Source of the DNA: an uncultured Bacillales bacterium
GTDB taxonomy: Bacteria; Bacillota_I; Bacilli_A; RFN20; CAG-449
Direction of reading: 5' to 3'
Length of the DNA: 64,000 nt
Assembly (NCBI GenBank): GCA_945873815.1
Contig: CAMCEE010000001.1
Span: 75,897-139,896 of the forward strand
Under the pieces are notes generated by a model, which worked only from the letters and a program-made list of their open reading frames with translations, ran no database searches and was not told the DNA's origin. A program made the position numbers and the translations under genes. Shown here piece after piece: positions 58,278 through 64,000 of the stretch (position 1 is the first letter of the stretch; every line of letters starts with the position of its first letter).

Positions 58278-59483
58278 ATGGGAATCTATGAAGAATTAGA
58301 ATGGAGAGGATTGATTAAGGATGTATCTGATCCATCGCTTAAGGAAAAATTAAATAAAGGTGGAATGACATTTTATATTGGTACAGATCCAACTGGAGAT
58401 TCATTACATATAGGTCATTTCTCAAGTTTTTTGATTTCAAAGAGATTAAAGGATGCAGGACATAACCCAATTTTATTAGTAGGTGGAGCAACAGGACTTA
58501 TTGGTGATCCAAAACCAGATGCTGAAAGACCAATGATCACTTATGAACAAGTTCAACATAATTTCAATTGCTTAAAAGCTCAAGCTACTAAACTTTTTGG
58601 TTTTGAAGTTGTTAATAATTACGATTGGATTAGCAAGATTGATACGATTAATTTCTTAAGAGATTTTGGTAAATACTTTAATGTTAACTATATGCTTTCA
58701 AAGGATATTGTTGCAAGAAGACTAGATAGTGGTATAACATTTACTGAATTTGCTTATATGACTTTACAAGCATTAGATTTCTGGTATCTTTTCAAAGAAA
58801 AGAATGTTACTTTACAAGTTGCTGGACAAGATCAATGGGGCAATATTACTGCAGGTATTGATTTGATTAGAAGAAAAGAAGGTAAAGAAGCATATGCATT
58901 CACAATGCCTTTATTAACAAAATCAGATGGAACTAAGTTTGGAAAAACTAATGGTAAAGCAATATGGTTAGATAGAGATAAAACTTCACCATATGAAATG
59001 TATCAATTCTTCATCAATTCAGAAGATAGTAAAGTTATTGATTATTTAAAATTCTTAACATTCTTATCAAAAGAAGAAATTGAAGAATTAGAAAAGAAGA
59101 ATAATGAACATCCTGAATTAAGAGAAGCACATAAAGCTCTTGCAAGGGAAGTAATCACTTTTATTCATGGTAAAGAAGCATATGAAGAAGCAGTTAAACA
59201 AACTGAATCATTATTTGGTAAAACAATTAATTTAGAAGAAGTTCCTTCTACCCCAATTGATAGTAGTTTATTTGTTGATGGACAAATCGACATTTGCTCA
59301 CTTCTTGTTGCTTCTTCCTTGGCACCAACAAAATCTGAAGCGAGAAGAAATGTTGAACAAGGTGGAGTAAGTGTTAATGATGAAAAGGTCACTGATCCAA
59401 AGATGAAATATTCTATTGATGAATTGAAAAAGGGATTGTTAATTAAAAAGGGTAAAAAACAATTTAAGAAAGTTAATATATAA
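58278..59483 (+). CDS. tyrS: Tyrosyl-tRNA synthetase
   Basis: GTDPTGDSLHIGH (HIGH motif), KFGKT (KMSKS-like motif) and a C-terminal S4-like domain. The ATG at 58278 has an RBS (GGAGG); the ORF-track N-terminal extension is translated leader RNA. Confidence 0.9.
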   Translation: MGIYEELEWRGLIKDVSDPSLKEKLNKGGMTFYIGTDPTGDSLHIGHFSSFLISKRLKDAGHNPILLVGGATGLIGDPKPDAERPMITYEQVQHNFNCLKAQATKLFGFEVVNNYDWISKIDTINFLRDFGKYFNVNYMLSKDIVARRLDSGITFTEFAYMTLQALDFWYLFKEKNVTLQVAGQDQWGNITAGIDLIRRKEGKEAYAFTMPLLTKSDGTKFGKTNGKAIWLDRDKTSPYEMYQFFINSEDSKVIDYLKFLTFLSKEEIEELEKKNNEHPELREAHKALAREVITFIHGKEAYEEAVKQTESLFGKTINLEEVPSTPIDSSLFVDGQIDICSLLVASSLAPTKSEARRNVEQGGVSVNDEKVTDPKMKYSIDELKKGLLIKKGKKQFKKVNI

Positions 59484-59490
59484 AAATAGA

Positions 59491-59530
59491 AGACAAGAAT
59501 CAATATTCTAGGTTCTTGTTTTTTTAAGAT
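59491..59530 (+). terminator. Rho-independent terminator after tyrS
   Basis: CAAGAA..TTCTTG hairpin followed by TTTTTTT. Confidence 0.6.
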
Positions 59531-59697
59531 GAATTGAAGATGAAGTCTAGATAATCTATAGTATTGGAATTATATTTTATAAAACATATTTTCTTTCTAA
59601 TATAGACTCTAGTGAAACATTTTTGATGTTGAAAGTAGGCTCCTTGTTTCGGTATAATAAGTATAGTAATTTCTAAGAAATTATTTCAGGAGGTTTT

Positions 59698-60573
59698 ATG
59701 AAAAAGATTAAATTGAGATTTTCATATTTTCTTATTTGTGGATTAATTGGTATTATTTTACAGGTTGCAGGGTATTTCTCATGGGGAACTAGTGAAATTG
59801 ATTTAGTTTCATCTCAAATAACAGTTTCTTCATCAATGGATTATTTTAATAAATATCGCACTCCTTCTTTAATTCTAATTTTTGCTAGTTTGTTTATTAT
59901 TTTATTCGCAGTTGGAATTATTATTGGAGCTAAAAAAGATCAAATAGTTGCTAAGATTAACGCATATGCATTAGGTGCTACTCAAATAGTAACTATTATC
60001 ACTTTAATTATTTTCTTAGTCTTTACGTCCTTAAATAGAAAAACAATGTTTTCTAATAATACAAATGCAGAAGTTCTTAGAGTTTTAGTTTCTATAAAAA
60101 ATGCTGCATTATTTGTTAGTGCATTAGCCTTTAGCGGCTTAGGATTTGCGCTTGTTTCAATAAATAAGAATAGAAAAATTGGGAGGGTTGCATCATGGGC
60201 AATGTTTGGTGTGAATGCATTATTTGTTCTTTCGATGGTTGCAGTATTCTTTGGTGCAATCGGTACTCCATCATATGCTTTAATATCTCGTTTATTTAAT
60301 AATGATACTACTTTAGCTCTTCCATTTACTTGTAAGGAAGCGTCAATGAATGGTTATACATATGGTAATACATTCTTGATTCTTAATATTATTCAAGATA
60401 CATTATCAACAATTAAAACTGATAATTTTACCTCAGTTACTGTTGGTGGTACTTTAGCGTTTATTTCTTGTTTATCTTACATCGTTACATTGATAGTTAA
60501 TTTCTTAGGATTATCCGGGTTAATTATCGAATCATTCGATGTTGTTAGAGATGATGATCGCTTAGCGTTATAG
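59698..60573 (+). CDS. Hypothetical polytopic membrane protein
   Basis: Six or more TM helices and no motifs. Confidence 0.45.
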   Translation: MKKIKLRFSYFLICGLIGIILQVAGYFSWGTSEIDLVSSQITVSSSMDYFNKYRTPSLILIFASLFIILFAVGIIIGAKKDQIVAKINAYALGATQIVTIITLIIFLVFTSLNRKTMFSNNTNAEVLRVLVSIKNAALFVSALAFSGLGFALVSINKNRKIGRVASWAMFGVNALFVLSMVAVFFGAIGTPSYALISRLFNNDTTLALPFTCKEASMNGYTYGNTFLILNIIQDTLSTIKTDNFTSVTVGGTLAFISCLSYIVTLIVNFLGLSGLIIESFDVVRDDDRLAL

Positions 60574-60583
60574 GAATACTAAT

Positions 60584-61270
60584 ATGAATATAAATTGGAA
60601 ATTGATTATAGGGAAATATCTAAAAGTTCTTTTATCGAGTTTTATTGCAGGTTTATTAATTGGAATTGGAGTCACGATATCTTTTATTATCCAAAGCTCT
60701 ACGATTTTAAATTCAGGGATTATTGGACCTATTTTTGGTGTATTAGGAGTTCTACTTATCTGTTTATATGGCTATAACTTATATACGTTTAAAGTGGGTT
60801 ATGTATTAGAGAATAAAGTTGATTACCTTATTGAAGTTCTATTATCTTTATTAGGTAATTTTATCGGGATTCTTCTTATTTCACTTCTTTTACGTGCAAC
60901 TTCATTGATGAATGAAGGTAGTGTTTTTTTAAATACCGTAAATGCATATATGAGTACGAGAGTCAATGAAGACTTCTTCTCATTAATCTTGTTGAGCTTT
61001 ATAGGAGGCATTATTGCTTATTTTGGTTTTAATACTTATAAGAAAGCAGAACAACCAATCGCTAAATTTCTAACGTTATTCTTATGCATTGGAGCAATTT
61101 ATATATGTGGATTAAAAGAAGGTATAACTGATATGTTTATATATAGCTTATTCAAATTGTTTGATGGCTCTTTATCTTTAAAGGTATTCTATATCATTTT
61201 AGGAAACACCTTAGGAACGTTATTTATTCCTTTACTAAATAAATTAAGAAGCAAAATTAAAAGTGTGTAG
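60584..61270 (+). CDS. Membrane protein, possibly formate/nitrite transporter (FNT)-like
   Basis: GYNLYTF resembles G.ELFTgN and LLGNFIGILL resembles the FNT GN..G motif. At 228 aa it is short for an FNT protein. Confidence 0.35.
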   Translation: MNINWKLIIGKYLKVLLSSFIAGLLIGIGVTISFIIQSSTILNSGIIGPIFGVLGVLLICLYGYNLYTFKVGYVLENKVDYLIEVLLSLLGNFIGILLISLLLRATSLMNEGSVFLNTVNAYMSTRVNEDFFSLILLSFIGGIIAYFGFNTYKKAEQPIAKFLTLFLCIGAIYICGLKEGITDMFIYSLFKLFDGSLSLKVFYIILGNTLGTLFIPLLNKLRSKIKSV

Positions 61271-61272
61271 TT

Positions 61273-62175
61273 ATGGAAAAAGTGAAGTATATAGTAAATG
61301 AGAAACATAATGATATTACGCTAAAAGAATACTTTACTTTTTTTTATCTTGGAAAGTCGATGATCTATAAATTGTTTTTATATAAGCGAGTTTATTTAAA
61401 TGGTAATCTTGCTTTAGAAAGCGATATAATCCATTCAAATGATGTTATTGAGATAGAAATAGATGAATGCATTGATGTTCCTATATCTTCTAATAGTGTG
61501 GAAATAGTTTATGAAGATGATTATATTTTAGTAGTTAATAAACCTGTTGGTATCATTATTCATTCTGATGGAAATGATGACATAGATACATTAGTTAATC
61601 GTGTTGCGAATTATTATACGAAACAAAATATTAATCGAAACGTGAGATATTTACATAGAATTGATAAAGAGACTAGTGGTTTAGTTTTGTTTGCAAAAGA
61701 TTTCTTGACTTATTCAATATTGAGTCACGATATTGAAAAGCATACTTTGAAACGAGAATATCTTGCTTTAGTTCATGGCTATATAAAGAATAATGAAGGT
61801 GTAATAAATATTCCAATAGGAAGAGATCGACATATCGCGAATAAATATCGCGTAGGAAAGAGTAAACATTCTAAAGATGCGATTACGCATTATTATGTTT
61901 TAAAAAGATATGAAGATTATACCTATATTCGTTTACTTCTTGAAACAGGAAGAACTCATCAAATTAGGGTTCATATGTCGAGCATCAATCATCCTTTATT
62001 AGGTGATGTATTATATGATGGAAAGAAGAAATATATATCTCGAGTTGCTCTTCATTCATTTAGAATAACAATGATTCATCCATATTCATTGAAGGAGATC
62101 GTTATTAGTAAAAAGGAACCAACTGATATGTTGAGATTGGAGGAAATATGTACAAAGCAGTTATTTTTGATTTAG
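61273..62175 (+). CDS. RluA-family pseudouridine synthase (RluD-like)
   Basis: An S4-like N-terminus, catalytic HRIDKETSGLVLFAK and GRTHQIRVH. Confidence 0.85.
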   Translation: MEKVKYIVNEKHNDITLKEYFTFFYLGKSMIYKLFLYKRVYLNGNLALESDIIHSNDVIEIEIDECIDVPISSNSVEIVYEDDYILVVNKPVGIIIHSDGNDDIDTLVNRVANYYTKQNINRNVRYLHRIDKETSGLVLFAKDFLTYSILSHDIEKHTLKREYLALVHGYIKNNEGVINIPIGRDRHIANKYRVGKSKHSKDAITHYYVLKRYEDYTYIRLLLETGRTHQIRVHMSSINHPLLGDVLYDGKKKYISRVALHSFRITMIHPYSLKEIVISKKEPTDMLRLEEICTKQLFLI

Positions 62176-62798
62176 ATGGGACGTTAGTTTATACTTTAGA
62201 AGATTTAAAGAATTCAATAAATTCGGCATTGAAGAATTTGAATTATTCTTTTTCTTATTCCTTAGAAGAAACAAAAAGATTAATCGGTTCAGGAACCAAA
62301 AATCTTTGTCGAAGAGCGATATCATCTTTAAATCCACAAGATGAAGAAGTTGAAATCTTATTTAAAGAATTCACAAGAGAATATAATGAGCATCAATTAG
62401 ATAATGCATCTTTATATGATGGAGTGATGGATGTTTTAATCGAATTAAGAAAAAAAGGAATCAAATTAGCGATTTTATCAAATAAAGTTGATAAGAACAC
62501 GAAGGAAATCATCTCTCATTTATGCAAGGATTTTACTTTTGATTTTATCTTAGGACAAACAACGATATATCCTTTAAAACCAGATCCTACTAGTTTATTT
62601 AAAGTTATTGAAGAACTAAAAGTAGAAAATGATGAAGTACTTTATGTAGGAGATTCAGATACGGATATGAAAACGGGGAATAATGCGCATGTTGATGTTT
62701 GTGCAGTCACATATGGGTTTAGAGAAAAAGAAGTGTTGGAATCGTATAATCCTAAATACATGATCGATTCGATAAAAGAAATATTAAAGATAGTATAA
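62148..62798 (+). CDS. HAD-IA hydrolase (phosphoglycolate phosphatase/PpaX-like)
   Basis: FDLDGTL motif I, SNK motif II region and GDSDTD motif IV. Confidence 0.7.
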   Translation: MYKAVIFDLDGTLVYTLEDLKNSINSALKNLNYSFSYSLEETKRLIGSGTKNLCRRAISSLNPQDEEVEILFKEFTREYNEHQLDNASLYDGVMDVLIELRKKGIKLAILSNKVDKNTKEIISHLCKDFTFDFILGQTTIYPLKPDPTSLFKVIEELKVENDEVLYVGDSDTDMKTGNNAHVDVCAVTYGFREKEVLESYNPKYMIDSIKEILKIV

Positions 62799-62859
62799 AA
62801 GTAGCGTTTTTTATTTATATTGGTGTTATAATTAGAAACACTAGAAGGAGAAACATAAT

Positions 62860-64000
62860 ATGGAAGTTAAATTATATAATAGTTTATCAAACAAAATTGA
62901 AGAATTTAAACCGATAAAAGAAGGTGAATTAACCTGTTATGTTTGTGGACCTACAGTATACAACTACGTTCATTTTGGAAATCTTAGACCAGTAGTTACA
63001 TTTGACGTATTAAGAAGATTGTTTATTGAACTTGGATATAAAGTTACTTTTATTTCTAATTTCACTGATATCGATGATAAGATAATTAAACAAGCTAAAA
63101 TTGAAAATGTTTCTGAAGAAACGATTGCAAATAAATATATTGAAGCATTTGAAGAAGATAGAGAGAATGTTCATGCCTTAAAACCTGATTATCAACCTCG
63201 CGTAACAAAAACGATGGATTTGATTATTAAATTTATCGAAGAATTAATTGAAAAAGGGTATGCTTATAACGTTGATGGAGACGTTTATTTTAGAGTAGAT
63301 AAGATTGATGATTATGGGTGCTTATCGAAAATGAAAAAGGAAGATTTATTAGTCGGTGCAAGAATTGATGAAAATAGTAAAAAAGAATCTCCTTTAGATT
63401 TTGCTTTATGGAAGAAAACTGAAGACGGAATTAAGTTTGTTTCGCCTTGGTCGGAAGGACGCCCTGGATGGCATAGTGAGTGTGTTGTTATGATTAATTC
63501 AATCATCGAAGGTGGAAAAATTGATATTCATGGAGGAGGATTTGATTTAAAATTCCCACATCATGAAAATGAAATCGCTCAAGAAATGGCTATAAAAGGA
63601 CATAAAATTGCAAATTATTGGATGCATAATGGATTCATTAATATCGATAATGTAAAAATGTCAAAATCTTTAGGTAATGTTAAATTAGCAAAAGAGATGA
63701 TTAATATGTATGGGGGTAACATCGTTAGATTTATCCTAGTCAATTCATACTATCGTACACCTGTAAATTTTAGCGATGAATTAGCTCTTTCTGCAAAGAA
63801 GGAATTAGATAAAATTGAACAAGCTTATGTAAAAGCTGCGGTTAAATTGCAACTTGGAAATGTGACAATAGATAAAGATGCAAAGAATTATGATATCAAT
63901 GAATTTTTGGAAGCATTATGCGATGATTTGAATACTCCAAATGCTTTGACTGTCGTTTATAAAACGGTAAAAGAGATTAATGTTGCTTTAAGAACTAATC
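62860..64000 (+). CDS. cysS: Cysteinyl-tRNA synthetase, 3'-partial (runs off window)
   Basis: CYVCGPTVYNYVHFGN (HIGH-region variant), WHSEC and KMSKSLGN. An RBS (AAGGAG) lies 9 nt upstream. Absent from the ORF track because no stop codon falls inside the window. Confidence 0.8.
   Translation, partial: MEVKLYNSLSNKIEEFKPIKEGELTCYVCGPTVYNYVHFGNLRPVVTFDVLRRLFIELGYKVTFISNFTDIDDKIIKQAKIENVSEETIANKYIEAFEEDRENVHALKPDYQPRVTKTMDLIIKFIEELIEKGYAYNVDGDVYFRVDKIDDYGCLSKMKKEDLLVGARIDENSKKESPLDFALWKKTEDGIKFVSPWSEGRPGWHSECVVMINSIIEGGKIDIHGGGFDLKFPHHENEIAQEMAIKGHKIANYWMHNGFINIDNVKMSKSLGNVKLAKEMINMYGGNIVRFILVNSYYRTPVNFSDELALSAKKELDKIEQAYVKAAVKLQLGNVTIDKDAKNYDINEFLEALCDDLNTPNALTVVYKTVKEINVALRTN

Noticed and set aside
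1-64000. Search for CRISPR arrays, tRNA and rRNA genes.
   Set aside because: No regularly spaced direct repeats with unique spacers were found, and no tRNA T-loop-like (GTTCGAATC / GTTCAAATC) contexts or rRNA-like GC-rich blocks were seen.

Overview
This is a low-GC (about 30%) Firmicutes/Mollicutes-like chromosomal segment that uses the standard genetic code (TGA is stop; Trp is TGG). It carries many Ser-rich lipoproteins with MKK..C lipobox signals. The housekeeping backbone is recognisable: rpsL-rpsG-fusA-tuf, glmS, ppa, sdaA, udk, tyrS with a T-box leader, rluA-family synthase, HAD phosphatase, partial cysS and a flotillin. Several accessory or unusual features sit on that backbone. (1) Positions 1-5950 and 35.4-37.0 kb hold five COG1373-type AAA+ ATPase (AAA_14 + DUF4143) paralogs of three subfamilies. 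One is truncated and frameshifted and one runs off the 5' window edge. They are associated with a family of ~52-nt palindromic elements, paired direct-repeat operator-like motifs, ~47-bp flanking direct repeats and a GC-rich, probably horizontally acquired block. (2) A phosphoglucosamine mutase (GlmM) is fused to the GlmU C-terminal hexapeptide acetyltransferase domain, directly upstream of glmS. (3) A divergent type-III-glutamine-synthetase-like protein lies next to these. (4) A 42-codon lasso-precursor-like ORF is translationally coupled to a tiny acidic lipoprotein. (5) An IS1182-family IS has perfect 20-bp terminal inverted repeats. (6) A nine-gene plus-strand locus (43.9-55.8 kb) contains a membrane-anchored protein, a CUT1-type ABC importer with two paralogous substrate-binding lipoproteins, a staphylococcal-nuclease-fold lipoprotein and two paralogous OB-fold-like lipoproteins; I read this as a candidate surface nuclease plus uptake (nucleic-acid scavenging) system. 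(7) A GC-rich, highly structured ~250-nt intergenic element (57.3-57.56 kb) could not be assigned to a known RNA class. No rRNA, tRNA or CRISPR array was seen. Coordinates I derived myself (repeats, terminators, adjusted starts) may be off by 1-2 nt.
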